DNA of 64,000 nucleotides from assembly GCA_963850655.1 (NCBI GenBank), contig CAWKMI010000002.1, forward strand, positions 71,404-135,403. Direction: 5' to 3'. The stretch's first letter is position 1. Each line of letters opens with the position of its first letter. Source of the DNA: an uncultured Gemmatimonadales bacterium. Lineage in GTDB: Bacteria > Gemmatimonadota > Gemmatimonadetes > Gemmatimonadales > GWC2-71-9. Both the position numbers and the translations under genes were made by a program. The notes beneath the pieces are model-generated. The model ran no database searches. It was not told where the DNA came from and saw only the letters and a list, made by a program, of their open reading frames with translations. Positions 1 through 10,436 of this stretch are shown one piece after another.

Positions 1-155
1 TCAGCAAATCAACCGCGTGACCGCGACAGCTCTTGATGGGGTAGATGTGCAGCGAGGCGACATGCATTCGTGGAATATACGAGTGCATTCAGCCTCCCCC
101 ACGCCGCCGATCGTTCACCTCTTACCTCCCATAGGCAATCTCTTACCTTTTCGGG

Positions 156-2168
156 ATGCCAATATTCCTGCTTCCACTGCTGATGCTGATCGGCGGGTCC
201 GCACTCGCCGCCCAGGTCCCCGCCTCGCATACGCTCCTGCCGGTACCGTCATCTGTCAACCTCACCTCGGCGCGACTGGCCCTCGACAGCTCCTTCACGG
301 TCGAACTCACCGGCTTCAGGAGTCTCCGGCTGGAACGGGCCGTCACCCGCGCCGTGGCCCGGCTCGAAGGACGCATCGCCAAGCCGCTCTCCCGAACGTA
401 CAGCGGAAACGGCGGGCAGGCCCGCCTGCTGCTGAACGTGAAGGCGGCCGGGTTCGAGACCCCTGACCTGGAAGAGGACGAGTCCTACTCGCTCGAGGTC
501 TCAGGCGATCGGGCTGTGCTGATCGCCTCGACCGTGGTTGGGGCAATCAGGGGGCTGGAGACCTTGCTGCAGCTCCAGTCAGCCGACGAGAACGGCTACT
601 TCCTCCAGGGAGCCCGGATCGAGGACGTGCCGCGCTTCAAGTGGCGTGGCCTGCACGTCGATGTCGGCCGGCATTTCGAACCGGAGGAACAGATCAAGCG
701 GACGCTTGACGGGATGGCGATGGTCAAGCTCAACGTGCTCCACTGGCACCTGTCGGACGACCAGGGCTTCCGTGTCGAGAGCAAGCGCTACCCCAGGCTG
801 CAGGAGCTGGGTTCCGACGGACTCTACTACTCCCAAGACCAGATTCGCGACATCGTGAGCTACGCCACCGACCGCGGGATCCGCGTGGTGCCGGAATTCG
901 ACGTGCCGGGACACTCGACGGCCTGGCTTGTCGGCTATCCCGAACTCGCCAGCACCCCTGGTCCCCATGCGATCGCCCGCAGGTGGGGCGTACTGCCGGA
1001 CGTGATGGATCCGACCAGGGAATCCACCTACCGCTTCCTCGACGGCTTCATTCAGGAGATGGCGCGGCTCTTCCCCGATCGCTATTGGCACATCGGTGGC
1101 GACGAAGTGAATCCGGAGCAGTGGCAAGCCAGCCCCACCATCCAGGCGTACATGAAGGCGCATGCGATCAAGAACGAGAACGCCATGCAAACGGCCTTCA
1201 ACCGCCGCCTCTTCGTCATCCTCAAGACCCACGGCAAGGAGCCGGTCGGCTGGGACGAAATCCTCCAGCCGGACCTTCCGACCGCCGCGGTGATCCAGTC
1301 ATGGCGCGGCGTGAACTACCTCACCCAGGCAGCGAAGCAAGGCCATCGTGCCATTCTATCCGCTCCTTATTATTTGGACCATATCGACCTGGCGCGCGAC
1401 CTGTACCTCGCCGACCCGCTCCCGGCCAACACCGAACTCACCCCGGAACAGCAGGCACTGATCCTCGGCGGCGAGGCGTGCATGTGGAGCGAGTACGTGA
1501 CGCCGGAGACCATCGACTCGCGCATCTGGCCGCGCCTTGGCGCGGTGGCCGAGCGGTTCTGGTCGCCCCGCGAGGTTGCCGACGTCAAGGACATGTACCG
1601 CCGGCTCGAAGTGACCTCGCGTCGCCTGACGGAGGTCGGCCTCAATCAGGAAACGCACACCGACAGGATGATCCGCCAGTTCGCCGGGGGCGACGATGCC
1701 ATCCTGTTCAGCTCGTTGCTCGACTACGCCAGGCCCCGTGGCTTCGGTGGCCGGGGGACCAATCAGCTCTCCCCGCTCACCCGCCTGATCGACGCCGCCC
1801 GTCCCGACCCATGGAACGGCTGGCGAATGCTCGACCGCGCCACCAGGGCCGTCGGCGGTGATGCCGTCGCTACCCAGGCCTTGCACCGGGATTTCGCCAG
1901 GATGTCCCAGTTCCGCGCCGGCCTTCAGGACATCCGCGACCGGATTCCCCTGGCAATCGACGGCATCCCGGTGGCCGGGGCGTTGCTCGAACTCTCCCGG
2001 ATTGGCGAGGAGGCGCTCGGGTACCTCGAGCAGCAGGCTGCCCCGACAGCGGCGTGGCGGGCGACGGCCGACTCGGTGCTCAAGGCAACGGAGGGAAAGA
2101 CGTTCGGGCTGTTGCGGCCGGTTGGTGCCGACGCAGTCCGGGCGCTGGTGAACGCCGTTCCGAAGTAG
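156..2168 (+). CDS. beta-N-acetylhexosaminidase, glycoside hydrolase family 20, secreted
   Basis: 670-aa ORF with an N-terminal signal peptide (MPIFLLPLLMLIGGSALAAQ). GH20 catalytic-core motifs HWHLSDDQGFR and WHIGGDEV. ATG at 156. Confidence 0.9.
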   Translation: MPIFLLPLLMLIGGSALAAQVPASHTLLPVPSSVNLTSARLALDSSFTVELTGFRSLRLERAVTRAVARLEGRIAKPLSRTYSGNGGQARLLLNVKAAGFETPDLEEDESYSLEVSGDRAVLIASTVVGAIRGLETLLQLQSADENGYFLQGARIEDVPRFKWRGLHVDVGRHFEPEEQIKRTLDGMAMVKLNVLHWHLSDDQGFRVESKRYPRLQELGSDGLYYSQDQIRDIVSYATDRGIRVVPEFDVPGHSTAWLVGYPELASTPGPHAIARRWGVLPDVMDPTRESTYRFLDGFIQEMARLFPDRYWHIGGDEVNPEQWQASPTIQAYMKAHAIKNENAMQTAFNRRLFVILKTHGKEPVGWDEILQPDLPTAAVIQSWRGVNYLTQAAKQGHRAILSAPYYLDHIDLARDLYLADPLPANTELTPEQQALILGGEACMWSEYVTPETIDSRIWPRLGAVAERFWSPREVADVKDMYRRLEVTSRRLTEVGLNQETHTDRMIRQFAGGDDAILFSSLLDYARPRGFGGRGTNQLSPLTRLIDAARPDPWNGWRMLDRATRAVGGDAVATQALHRDFARMSQFRAGLQDIRDRIPLAIDGIPVAGALLELSRIGEEALGYLEQQAAPTAAWRATADSVLKATEGKTFGLLRPVGADAVRALVNAVPK

Positions 2169-2260
2169 CGCCCGGGCCTGGAGGTGTCCCTTGTACACCG
2201 GCCCGGGAAGGCCGTAAGCTTGGACAACCCTTCAATTCCATTTCTGCCTGAGGCAAGACC

Positions 2261-3001
2261 ATGTCCCGTCGAGTGTTCGCTCGTCCGCTACTGCTCGCGG
2301 CTGTCCTCACGGCAGCCTGCGCTGGCCACAGCTCCCCTCCTGCCGAACCCGCCTTCCCGGAGCCCACGGGACCAAACACCTTGACGGCGGCCGAACGGCA
2401 TGCCGGATGGGAGCTCCTGTTTGATGGCACCACCCTGAACGGCTGGCACACCTACACGCAGAACCCTGGCATCACCACCGGGTGGGAGGCGAAGGACGGC
2501 ACCATCGTCCGGACCGGTTCGGCGGGCGACCTCGTCAGTGACCTGCAGTTTGACTCGTTCGAGCTCGAACTCGAGTGGAAGGTCGCCTCGGGAGCCAACA
2601 GCGGCGTGTTCATCTGGGGCAACGAGGGTACCCAGGAGATCTACATGAATGCCCCGGAAATGCAGATTCTCGACAACCTCGGCCACAGCGACGGCAAGTC
2701 GCCGCTGACTGCCGCCGGCGCACTCTATGGTCTGTACCCGACCCAGGAGAGCCTCGTCAAGCCGGTGGGTGAGTGGAACAGCTCGAGTATCGTCGTCCAC
2801 GGCTCGAAGGTGCAATACTGGCTCAATGGTGTGAGGGTCGTCGACGTCAATTTTGATTCCAAGGAAATGAAGGCGAAAATCGCGGCTAGCAAGTTCAAGG
2901 ACTGGGAGACCTTCGGGCTGGCACGGCGTGGCCACATCGCCCTGCAGGAGCACGGCGGCACTGTCTGGTTCCGCAACCTCAAGATCAAGGAGTTCCGGTG
3001 A
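2261..3001 (+). CDS. DUF1080 (3-keto-disaccharide hydrolase-like) lipoprotein
   Basis: 246 aa with a lipoprotein-type signal ([12 protein letters not shown]). Family-typical [11 protein letters not shown] near the N-terminus and [21 protein letters not shown] at the C-terminus. The stop overlaps the next start (GTGA). Confidence 0.8.
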   Translation: MSRRVFARPLLLAAVLTAACAGHSSPPAEPAFPEPTGPNTLTAAERHAGWELLFDGTTLNGWHTYTQNPGITTGWEAKDGTIVRTGSAGDLVSDLQFDSFELELEWKVASGANSGVFIWGNEGTQEIYMNAPEMQILDNLGHSDGKSPLTAAGALYGLYPTQESLVKPVGEWNSSSIVVHGSKVQYWLNGVRVVDVNFDSKEMKAKIAASKFKDWETFGLARRGHIALQEHGGTVWFRNLKIKEFR

Positions 3002-4188
3002 GCGCTCGCCTCAAGCTCCAAGTCATGATGTTCCTTCAGTACTTCATCTGGGGGAGCTGGTTCGTCACCATGGCCACGTACCTGCTGCAGACTCGCCAGT
3101 TCACCGGCGAGCAGGTCGGGCTCGCCTATGGCGCCACGGCTATCGCGGCGCTGGTGTCGCCCTTCTTCCTCGGCATGGTCGCCGACCGTTTCTTTGCCTC
3201 GGAAAAGCTGCTGGCCATCCTGCACCTGGCCGGAGCGGCGCTGATGTACTACCTGAGCACCCAGCAGACCTTCGGCGCCTTCTACCCCGTGCTGATCGGC
3301 TACGCCCTCTGCTACATGCCGACCCTTTCCCTGAGCAACTCGGTGGCCTTCCATCACGTCACCGACCCGGCCAGGGATTTCCCGGTCATCCGCGTTCTTG
3401 GCACCATCGGCTGGATCGCGGCCGGAATCCTGATCAGCAAGGTGATGCACGCCGATGCACTCGCCCTCCCGATGCAGGTCGCCGCGGCGGCTTCGCTGGT
3501 GACGGGGCTCTTTGCCTTCACGCTGCCGCACACCCCGCCAAAGGCCGCCGGTTCGCCCTTCAGCGTGCGTGACGCCCTCGGCCTCGATGCGCTCCAGTTG
3601 CTCAAGGATCCGTCGTTCGCGATGTTCTGCCTCGGATCGTTCCTGCTCTGCATCCCGCTGCAGTTCTACTACAGCTTCGCCAATCCGTTCCTGACCGAGA
3701 TCGGCGTCAAGGACGCCGCCTTCATCCAGACGTTCGGCCAGATGTCCGAGATCCTCTTCATGCTCGCGCTGCCGTTCCTGCTCAAGCGCTTCGGCATCAA
3801 GTGGATCATGGTGGTGGGCATGGCCGCCTGGGCGGCACGCTACTTCGCCTTCGGCAACGGGAACGCCGGTTCGTTGATGTGGCTCATCCTCATCGGTATC
3901 GTGCTGCACGGCGTCTGCTACGACTTCTTCTTTGTCAGCGGCCAGATCTACACCGACGAACGCGCCGGCGTGAAGATCCGCGGCGCCGCCCAAGGCTTCC
4001 TCAACTTCCTCACCAACGGATTGGGGTACCTGGTGGGCGCCTTCGTCTCGGGACGCGTGGTCGACGCCTATCTCACCGGGCCGAACCAGCATGACTGGCA
4101 CGCGATCTGGATGGTACCGGCGATCGGGGCGGCAGGGATTGCGCTGATCTTCGCGGCACTATTCCGGCCGAGGCCGGTGGCCGCCTGA
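2998..4188 (+). CDS. MFS nucleoside:H+ symporter family permease (NupG/XapB/YegT-like)
   Basis: 396 aa, polytopic. The N-terminus [25 protein letters not shown] is characteristic of the nucleoside H+ symporter family. Confidence 0.85.
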   Translation: MSARLKLQVMMFLQYFIWGSWFVTMATYLLQTRQFTGEQVGLAYGATAIAALVSPFFLGMVADRFFASEKLLAILHLAGAALMYYLSTQQTFGAFYPVLIGYALCYMPTLSLSNSVAFHHVTDPARDFPVIRVLGTIGWIAAGILISKVMHADALALPMQVAAAASLVTGLFAFTLPHTPPKAAGSPFSVRDALGLDALQLLKDPSFAMFCLGSFLLCIPLQFYYSFANPFLTEIGVKDAAFIQTFGQMSEILFMLALPFLLKRFGIKWIMVVGMAAWAARYFAFGNGNAGSLMWLILIGIVLHGVCYDFFFVSGQIYTDERAGVKIRGAAQGFLNFLTNGLGYLVGAFVSGRVVDAYLTGPNQHDWHAIWMVPAIGAAGIALIFAALFRPRPVAA

Positions 4189-4196
4189 CGCTGCCC

Positions 4197-4931
4197 ATGC
4201 TCATCGAAGCCTGCATCGACTCTTTCCCTTCCGGCCTCGCCGCCCAGCTCGGCGGCGCAGATCGCGTCGAACTCTGCGACAACCTCGCCGACGGCGGTAC
4301 CACGCCCAGTCACGGCACCCTGGCATTGGCGCTGGAACAGCTCGCCATCCCGGTCTTCCCGATCATCCGGCCCCGAGGCGGCAGCTTCTGCTATTCGGCG
4401 GACGAAATCGCCGTGATGGAGCGCGACGTGGCGCACGCGGCTGGGCTCGGAGCACCGGGATTGGTCATCGGCGCGCTCACCCGGTCAGGGGATATCGATG
4501 AGGACGCGATCAATCGCCTGCAGGCCGTCGCCGAGGACTGCGTCCTGACCTTTCACCGCGCATTCGATGTCTGCCGCGATCCCCACCAGGCGCTCGAAAC
4601 CTTGATCCGCCTGGGCGTGCAGCGCGTCCTCACCTCGGGACAGCGCGCCACGGCCTGGGAAGGCCGCACCCTGATCGCCGACCTGGTGCGGCAGGCCGGG
4701 GACCGGATCGTGATCATGGCCGGCGGTGATGTCGATGAACACAACGCCGCCGCTCTCGTGCGTGAGACCGGTGTCCGGGAGATCCATGTTCGTGGCACGT
4801 CACGCGTGCATGAACCGATGGTCTTCCACGCTCATCCGGTGCCGTTCCGCCGGCCACTCCCCACCGACGAAACCGCCCGTTCAGTGACCGAGCCCGAGCG
4901 GCTCCTCGCCATTCGCGCCGCGGTGACCTGA
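4197..4931 (+). CDS. cutC: copper homeostasis protein CutC family
   Basis: 244 aa. N-terminus MLIEACIDSFPSGLAAQLGGADRVELCDNLADGGTTPS matches the CutC TIM-barrel family. Confidence 0.85.
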   Translation: MLIEACIDSFPSGLAAQLGGADRVELCDNLADGGTTPSHGTLALALEQLAIPVFPIIRPRGGSFCYSADEIAVMERDVAHAAGLGAPGLVIGALTRSGDIDEDAINRLQAVAEDCVLTFHRAFDVCRDPHQALETLIRLGVQRVLTSGQRATAWEGRTLIADLVRQAGDRIVIMAGGDVDEHNAAALVRETGVREIHVRGTSRVHEPMVFHAHPVPFRRPLPTDETARSVTEPERLLAIRAAVT

Positions 4932-5906
4932 GGGAAGGCTGCCGAGCGCTGCCTCGAACCGCCGGACGATCTCGCCGGCGGTCTCGATCGTCGTGATCCC
5001 GGAGACACTCTTGCCGGCCTGCCAGTACTCGTCGCCTCCCTTGGGGTCGAGGGACGCGCGCTTGAGTTGTCGGATTGATCGCAGCGCATACCAGATCCTT
5101 ATCCAGCGCTTGCGACGACGGCCACGCAGCATCCACCGGGCGAACGGACCGGCATGGAGCCCCATCCGGTCGATCCGCGGCGTCCGGATGACCGCCACCG
5201 GAACCCCGGTGATTCGTTCCGAGAGGACGATGTCATCCTCCGTCGCGGTCAGGATCGCGCGCTTGTATGGTTCGCTGGCGAGACATTCGGTCGTGGCGAT
5301 GAAGCGCGTACCGCACTGCACCCCGGCATACCCCAGGTCGAGCATCGCCCGGAACTCCGCCGGCGTCCCCACCCCACCCGCCGCCACCACCGGCAGCCCG
5401 AGCGGGCACAACTCCTTCAGTAGTTCAGCGGCGCTCCGCTCGCCGGCATGGCCGCCCGCTCGGCGATTGACGGCGAGGAATCCCGTCGCCCCACCAGCGG
5501 CCCCTTTCTCCGCCCACTTCCGCTCCGTGACGTCATGGTAGATGATGCCGCCAAACGGCTCCGCCATCTGCACCACCCACTTCGGGTTGCCGAGCGAGGT
5601 CACGAAAAAGCGCACCCCTTCGTCGAGTGCGATCTCGATCCACTGCTCCATCCGCTTGCGGTATGTAGTGGATGAATCCTCGATGAGCGCGTTCATCCCG
5701 AACGGCTTGGAGGTGAGCGATTTGATGTAGCGCAGCCCGGCCCGGAATTCGTGACCATGGACATAGGTCAGCGCGATCGGCTGCACGATCCCGAGACCCC
5801 CGGCCTCCGAGACTGCCGCCACGAGCTCCGGATTGGAACAGGGGTACATCGCACCGCAGATCAGCGGCACGCGAATCCCGGCATCCAGGGTGAGCGGTGT
5901 CTCCAT
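4881..5906 (-). CDS. nitronate monooxygenase / 2-nitropropane dioxygenase family (FabK-like) flavoprotein
   Basis: The conserved part starts at METPLTLDAGIRVPLICGAMYPCSNPELVAAVSEAGGLGIVQP (Met135 of the 475-aa ORF) and contains VVAAGGVGTPAEF...GTRFIATTE. Its ATG overlaps the upstream stop (ATGA at 5904-5908). The longer N-terminal extension looks like a GC-rich artefact. Confidence 0.8.
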   Translation of the reverse strand: METPLTLDAGIRVPLICGAMYPCSNPELVAAVSEAGGLGIVQPIALTYVHGHEFRAGLRYIKSLTSKPFGMNALIEDSSTTYRKRMEQWIEIALDEGVRFFVTSLGNPKWVVQMAEPFGGIIYHDVTERKWAEKGAAGGATGFLAVNRRAGGHAGERSAAELLKELCPLGLPVVAAGGVGTPAEFRAMLDLGYAGVQCGTRFIATTECLASEPYKRAILTATEDDIVLSERITGVPVAVIRTPRIDRMGLHAGPFARWMLRGRRRKRWIRIWYALRSIRQLKRASLDPKGGDEYWQAGKSVSGITTIETAGEIVRRFEAALGSLPSGHRGANGEEPLGLGH

Positions 5907-6376
5907 CAGGCGGGGGGCGCGAGACGCCAGGTGGCCGTGACGACTGCCACGATATCGCTCGCCGAGTCGGTGATCGGCGCCGAGACCTGGACATCGACCG
6001 GCTCGGTCACCGTGGGCGGGGTCGCCGTGCATTCGGCAACCAGGGTCCCCCGCGCCTTCTTCCGGTACTCGGTGTGTATGGCCACGAGAATACCCCTCGC
6101 GCTGGTCGCCGCAGTCAGCATGGCAAGCCCCGTCGCGATCTCGCCCAGGTTGGCGAGGGCGATGGCATGAACGCAGTCGAGGTGGTTGCGCACGGCGCGA
6201 TGGTCCCGCAGCGAGACGCGCGCATGCCCCGGCTCCAGGGTTTCGATCCGCGCCCCGATCGACCCGGTGTAGGGGATGGAACGGCCAAGCATCCGCGCGA
6301 AGAGCCACTTCCCGCCGGGGAGGGGTTCCAGTCGCTTCCAGAGCCTCAATAGTCTTGCCGAAGCCTGCTCAGGCAT
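5906..6376 (-). CDS. hotdog-fold thioesterase-like protein (DUF4442/PaaI-like)
   Basis: 156-aa ORF translationally coupled to the downstream NMO gene. Similarity to the DUF4442/YiiD C-terminal hotdog family is judged from memory only. Confidence 0.5.
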   Translation of the reverse strand: MPEQASARLLRLWKRLEPLPGGKWLFARMLGRSIPYTGSIGARIETLEPGHARVSLRDHRAVRNHLDCVHAIALANLGEIATGLAMLTAATSARGILVAIHTEYRKKARGTLVAECTATPPTVTEPVDVQVSAPITDSASDIVAVVTATWRLAPPA

Positions 6377-6704
6377 GATTCGGCGGCAGCCCCTCCTCGA
6401 CCACCACCGCGGTACCGTAACAGAGCACTTCCGTGACGCCGCGCATGATTTCGGTGGCGTCGTACCTCACGCCAATCACGGCATTGGCGCCGACATTCTG
6501 CGCCTGCCCCAGCATGATGTCGTAGGCGTTCTCGCGCGCGAGTTCGCACATCGAGGTGAAGATGGTGATGTTCCCGCCGAAGATCATCTGGACCCCGGCG
6601 CCGATGTTGCCGAAGATCGACCGGGAACGCACCACGATGCCACGGACCAGCCCCAACGAATGGGTCACGTAGTACCCGGGCACGTCGAAAGTCGTACTGG
6701 TCAT
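6369..6704 (-). CDS. YbjQ/UPF0145 family (heavy-metal-binding domain) protein
   Basis: MTSTTFDVPGYYVTHSLGLVRGIVVRSRSIFGNIGAG...GANAVIGVRYDATEI...GTAVVVE is a typical YbjQ fold sequence. The start was chosen at Met16 of the ORF; an alternative start is at 6749. Confidence 0.75.
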   Translation of the reverse strand: MTSTTFDVPGYYVTHSLGLVRGIVVRSRSIFGNIGAGVQMIFGGNITIFTSMCELARENAYDIMLGQAQNVGANAVIGVRYDATEIMRGVTEVLCYGTAVVVEEGLPPNHA

Positions 6705-6736
6705 CTCGTGCGGAATCGCTTCGCGGCTGCGTCGTG

Positions 6737-7978
6737 TCAGGGTCGCCATGTGCCCTTCGCTACCGCCGGGGTGAATTGGTCGAGCCCGCGCGGCGGAAAC
6801 GCGAGCGTCTTGCCCTGTTCGGCACTCATGTAGGCCGTCATCAGCACCTGCATTACTTCGACCCCGTCCTGGAAGGTGAGCAGTGGCTTCTCATGCCCGA
6901 GGAAGGCCCGAACGAAGTGCCGGTCTTCGGCCACGTAGCCGTACGTCGCCGCTTCATCCGGCACCACCGGCATCAAACCCATCTCGGCGTTCTGCTTCTC
7001 GACCAGGTCTTCGCCGGTCGCGCCCTGCACTTCGCGCGAGAAGAAACACGACAGTTCGGAGTTGAGGGTGTTCCAGTTCATCGAGTACTCGGGACCCAGC
7101 AGTTCGCCCGAAAGCCGCAGGCCGGGACCCACGAAACTCCACGAAGTGGTTGCCTCACCGATCACCTTCGTGCCCTTCGCGTCCTCGTAGGTGATCGTCA
7201 CCGACGCGAAGTCTTCCGACGGCCGCTTGCGGTAGTCGACACCCTTGCCGTACCGCTGCTTGAGCTGCTTGACGTACTCGGGCCGGCTCCACTTGAGCGA
7301 GGCGATTCGTCCGTTGATCGACACCGGCTTGAGCGAGGTGCGCGGTTTGCCAGGCTCGGTCAGGAGAAAGCGCACCACCTCGGCGGAGTGGCACATCATG
7401 TCGTTGAGCACGCCGCCGCCCTGTTGCTCCCCCTGCCAGAACCAGGCGTTGTGCGGGCCCGAATGTTCCTCGGCCGCCCGCGCCAGGTACGGCCGGCCCG
7501 TGGTCTTCGCGCCGCGGGCCCAGATCAGGTCGCGACCGCGCACCAACCCGGGCGAGAAGAGCTGATTTTCGAGATAGCCGTGGGCGATCCCCGCCTTGGT
7601 CACCAGGCGGAGCACCTCCTTCGCCTCGGCGACATTCCGCGCCAGCGGCTTTTCGCAGGCGATACCGCGCAGTGTGCCCTTGCCGCGAACCACCGCATCA
7701 CAGACCTCCTCGACATTCTCGATCCGCGCCTGATTGGGTCCGCAAAGCCAGATCGCGTCGATCGCCGGATCGGTCACCATGTCGGTAATCGATCGATACG
7801 CCTTCGCGTCACCCACGCCGAGATCCCGCGCTCCGGCCGCGGCCGAAGCGGCATTCTTCCGATTGGGGCTCCAGACACCGCGCACATCGCCATCGCGAAC
7901 ACCGGTCCACCCGGCGATATGGAAGCGCGTGTTGAAGCCCGAGCCGATGAAGCCCACGCCGAGACGGGTCATCTTCAT
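6737..7978 (-). CDS. Gfo/Idh/MocA family NAD(P)-dependent oxidoreductase
   Basis: N-terminal Rossmann motif MKMTRLGVGFIGSGFNTRFHIAGW. About 413 aa. The start at 7978 directly abuts the upstream stop at 7975-7977. Confidence 0.85.
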   Translation of the reverse strand: MKMTRLGVGFIGSGFNTRFHIAGWTGVRDGDVRGVWSPNRKNAASAAAGARDLGVGDAKAYRSITDMVTDPAIDAIWLCGPNQARIENVEEVCDAVVRGKGTLRGIACEKPLARNVAEAKEVLRLVTKAGIAHGYLENQLFSPGLVRGRDLIWARGAKTTGRPYLARAAEEHSGPHNAWFWQGEQQGGGVLNDMMCHSAEVVRFLLTEPGKPRTSLKPVSINGRIASLKWSRPEYVKQLKQRYGKGVDYRKRPSEDFASVTITYEDAKGTKVIGEATTSWSFVGPGLRLSGELLGPEYSMNWNTLNSELSCFFSREVQGATGEDLVEKQNAEMGLMPVVPDEAATYGYVAEDRHFVRAFLGHEKPLLTFQDGVEVMQVLMTAYMSAEQGKTLAFPPRGLDQFTPAVAKGTWRP

Positions 7979-8589
7979 TGACCGCGCACCGCGTGGCGCA
8001 CCGCCGCCGGTGGACACCCATGCCACGCCGGCAGCGCGGTGTTGCCCATGTAGCCGATGTCCTTGATGCCGATCTTCGACGTGTAGAAGCCGCTGGCAGT
8101 GAAGTCACGGAACGAGTTGAACCAGTTCACCCCCGCGCTCAGCTCGGCCTTGGCCTTGGCGGGCCAGGCAATGTCGTCAAGCATCTGGCGCCGCTGCGCG
8201 TCAGTGCAGTAGGTGAAGAACTTGTGGTGGCGGTTGATGCATTCGGTGTCGAGCCAGGTCAGCCCAGCCCGGTGCCTGGTGATCAGGTTGGTCTCGAGAC
8301 CGAGCATGACATCCATGAACTCGGGTACGCCGGCGTCCGTGGCGCTGCCACTGTGGCTGTCACGTGGAATGATGTAGTCCACCAGCATCCGCACCGTTTC
8401 CCATTCCTGGGGCGTGAAGTTCTTCGGCTGGTAGGCGCCCCCCGCAGCCATCGCTGCCCGGACCTGTCGCATGGCCTCTTCCACGTGCGGCGACACCACG
8501 AAGGCGCCGGCCGCGATGGTGCCCATGGTGGAGATCATGTCGCGCCGGCTCAGGTCGGGCCCGGTGTCGTCCCTGGTCTCGTCGCTCAC
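7975..8589 (-). CDS. gluconate 2-dehydrogenase subunit 3 family protein (TAT-signal small subunit)
   Basis: Twin-arginine signal LSRRDMISTMGTIAAGAFVV. The GTG start at 8589 overlaps the stop of the GMC gene (GTGA). This small subunit is typically paired with GMC flavoproteins. Confidence 0.75.
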   Translation of the reverse strand: MSDETRDDTGPDLSRRDMISTMGTIAAGAFVVSPHVEEAMRQVRAAMAAGGAYQPKNFTPQEWETVRMLVDYIIPRDSHSGSATDAGVPEFMDVMLGLETNLITRHRAGLTWLDTECINRHHKFFTYCTDAQRRQMLDDIAWPAKAKAELSAGVNWFNSFRDFTASGFYTSKIGIKDIGYMGNTALPAWHGCPPAAVRHAVRGQ

Positions 8590-10286
8590 AGCTGGCCCCC
8601 TTTCCGCTGTTGCGTGATGAAGTGCGAGGTGCGCATCGAGAGCGCCAGGATGGTCCACGTCGGGTTCTTGTCTGCCTGCGTAACGAAGGGGCCGCCGTCG
8701 GCGACGAAGAGGTTCTTGCAGTCCCACGCCTGACAGTGCGGGTTCAGCACGCTGGTGCTCGGGTCGTCACCCATGCGCGCGCAGCCGACCTCGTGGATGA
8801 TCGAACCGCCGACCGAGATCCCGTAGCCCCGCTCCTTGCCCGGCATCGTGGAGCGGACCACCGCGCCCATTTCCTGCAGCAACGCGCGGAACGTCTCCTG
8901 CATGTGCTTGACCTGCAGGTACTCGTGATCACTCCACTCCCAGTGGAAACGCAGCACGGGAATGCCATACTTGTCCTTTGCTTCCGGATCGAGCTCGCAG
9001 TACGATTTCTCGTTGGGAATCATCTCGCCCCGCCCCGAGAAGCCGATGTTGGCGCCGTAGTACTTGCGGTAGTCGGCCTTGAGTGAAGCCCCGTACCCGC
9101 CACCCCCGGGCAGGTTCTGGATCCCGCCCATGAAACCCGCCCCGGGCATGCCCATCCCGCCCCAGATCTCGATGTGATAGCCGCGCGGGAAGTCGAGCTT
9201 CTTGTTGTCGATCCACCAGGGCATGTAGAGATGCGCCCCTCCGACACCGTCGCAGTTGTGCCGCGGCTGGTCCATCAGTGCCGGGACGAAACCGCCGACA
9301 TCGGTGCCCGTGGTGTCGGTGAGATACTTGCCGACCATGCCGCTCGAGTTGGCAAGCCCCTGCGGAAACTTCGCCGACTTCGAGTTGAGGAGGATCCGCG
9401 CCGTCTCGCACGCGCTCGCGGCGAGCACGACGATCCGGGCATCGACGCGCTGTTCCTTGCCGGTCACCTTGTCGATATAGACCACGCCGTCGGCGAGACC
9501 GCGATCGTTCAGCGTCACCTCGCGCACCATCGCATCGGTGCGCAGGGTCAGCTTGCCGGTCTGCATCGCCGGAAGCACCAGCACGTTGGTCGACGAGAAG
9601 TTGGCGTTGATGGCGCAGCCGCGATTGCACTGCGCGCAATAGTGGCAGGCGGCGCGGTTGTTGAGCGGCCGCGTCAGGATCGAGAGTCGCGAGGGAATGC
9701 AGGTGACCTTCTGCTTGTCCGCCGCCTTCTTGACCAGGTGCTCCCAGCAACGCGGGGTCGGTGGCGGCAGGAAGACCCCGTCAGGGTGGTTCCGCAGCCC
9801 CTCCTTGCTGCCGAAGATCCCGACCAGGCGATCGACGTCGTCATAGTAGGGCGCGAGCTCCTCGTAGGAGATCGGCCAGTCATCACCCAGGCCGTCGACC
9901 GACTTGTGCTTGAAGTCGTCGGGACCGAAACGCAGCGAGATGCGGCCCCAGTGATTGGTGCGGCCGCCAACCATCCGGGCTCGCCACCACTGGAACCGGT
10001 TCCCGGGGGCGGTCGTGAACGGCTCGCCCGGGAGGTTCCACCCGCCGATGCAGGCGTCGTACTCACCAAATGGCCGCTCCGGCGTGCTGCCGCCCCGGCG
10101 GGCCGTCTCGTAGGGCCACCGGAACATGTGCGAGTCCTTGGCGTTGTCCCATTTTCCGCCAGCCTCAAGCAGCATCACCCGGGCCCCTGCCTTGGTCAGT
10201 TGATAGGCAGCCATCCCGCCACCAGCACCAGAGCCAACGATACAGACGTCGTAGATGTCCGGCTTGACCCGCTCAGGGGAACTCAT
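8586..10286 (-). CDS. GMC family FAD-dependent oxidoreductase (large subunit)
   Basis: FAD-binding fingerprint YDVCIVGSGAGGGMAAYQLTKAGARVMLLEAGG. C-terminal GMC motifs (GGSIIHEVGCARMG...NLFVADGGPF). Start at MSSPERV, with GAGGA 9 nt upstream. Confidence 0.9.
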   Translation of the reverse strand: MSSPERVKPDIYDVCIVGSGAGGGMAAYQLTKAGARVMLLEAGGKWDNAKDSHMFRWPYETARRGGSTPERPFGEYDACIGGWNLPGEPFTTAPGNRFQWWRARMVGGRTNHWGRISLRFGPDDFKHKSVDGLGDDWPISYEELAPYYDDVDRLVGIFGSKEGLRNHPDGVFLPPPTPRCWEHLVKKAADKQKVTCIPSRLSILTRPLNNRAACHYCAQCNRGCAINANFSSTNVLVLPAMQTGKLTLRTDAMVREVTLNDRGLADGVVYIDKVTGKEQRVDARIVVLAASACETARILLNSKSAKFPQGLANSSGMVGKYLTDTTGTDVGGFVPALMDQPRHNCDGVGGAHLYMPWWIDNKKLDFPRGYHIEIWGGMGMPGAGFMGGIQNLPGGGGYGASLKADYRKYYGANIGFSGRGEMIPNEKSYCELDPEAKDKYGIPVLRFHWEWSDHEYLQVKHMQETFRALLQEMGAVVRSTMPGKERGYGISVGGSIIHEVGCARMGDDPSTSVLNPHCQAWDCKNLFVADGGPFVTQADKNPTWTILALSMRTSHFITQQRKGGQL

Positions 10287-10436
10287 GGGCTCGGATCCTC
10301 GCCTGAATGTTAATAGTTGTTGCAATGAATACTAATTGGCGTAATACCTTACTAACATGTCGCTTACCGTCTTCTGCCATCAATTATCGCTCAGCCACGA
10401 TCCATCATCCACCAACCACCAGTCTCCAGGTTTCCC

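Noticed and set aside
440-460. GGTTCGA-type T-loop-like strings (for example near 447, 34604 and 52293) that could hint at tRNA genes.
   Set aside because: All lie inside well-supported CDSs, and the flanks cannot be folded into a cloverleaf.
5907-6308. Long N-terminal extensions of several track ORFs: 4881-6308, 24995-26134, 25858-27348, 40214-42097, 43138-44367, 32788-34377 and 47282-49234.
   Set aside because: The conserved protein, or a good signal peptide, begins at an internal Met or Val that abuts or overlaps the upstream gene's stop. The extensions overlap neighbouring genes or rnpB.
10326-10436. AT-rich 110-nt spacer between the TIM-barrel gene and the GMC oxidoreductase gene, considered as a possible small RNA or insertion scar.
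   Set aside because: There are no terminal repeats or ORF. Its position fits an internal promoter/terminator region. Only a TACTAA direct repeat was seen, which is not enough to call a site.
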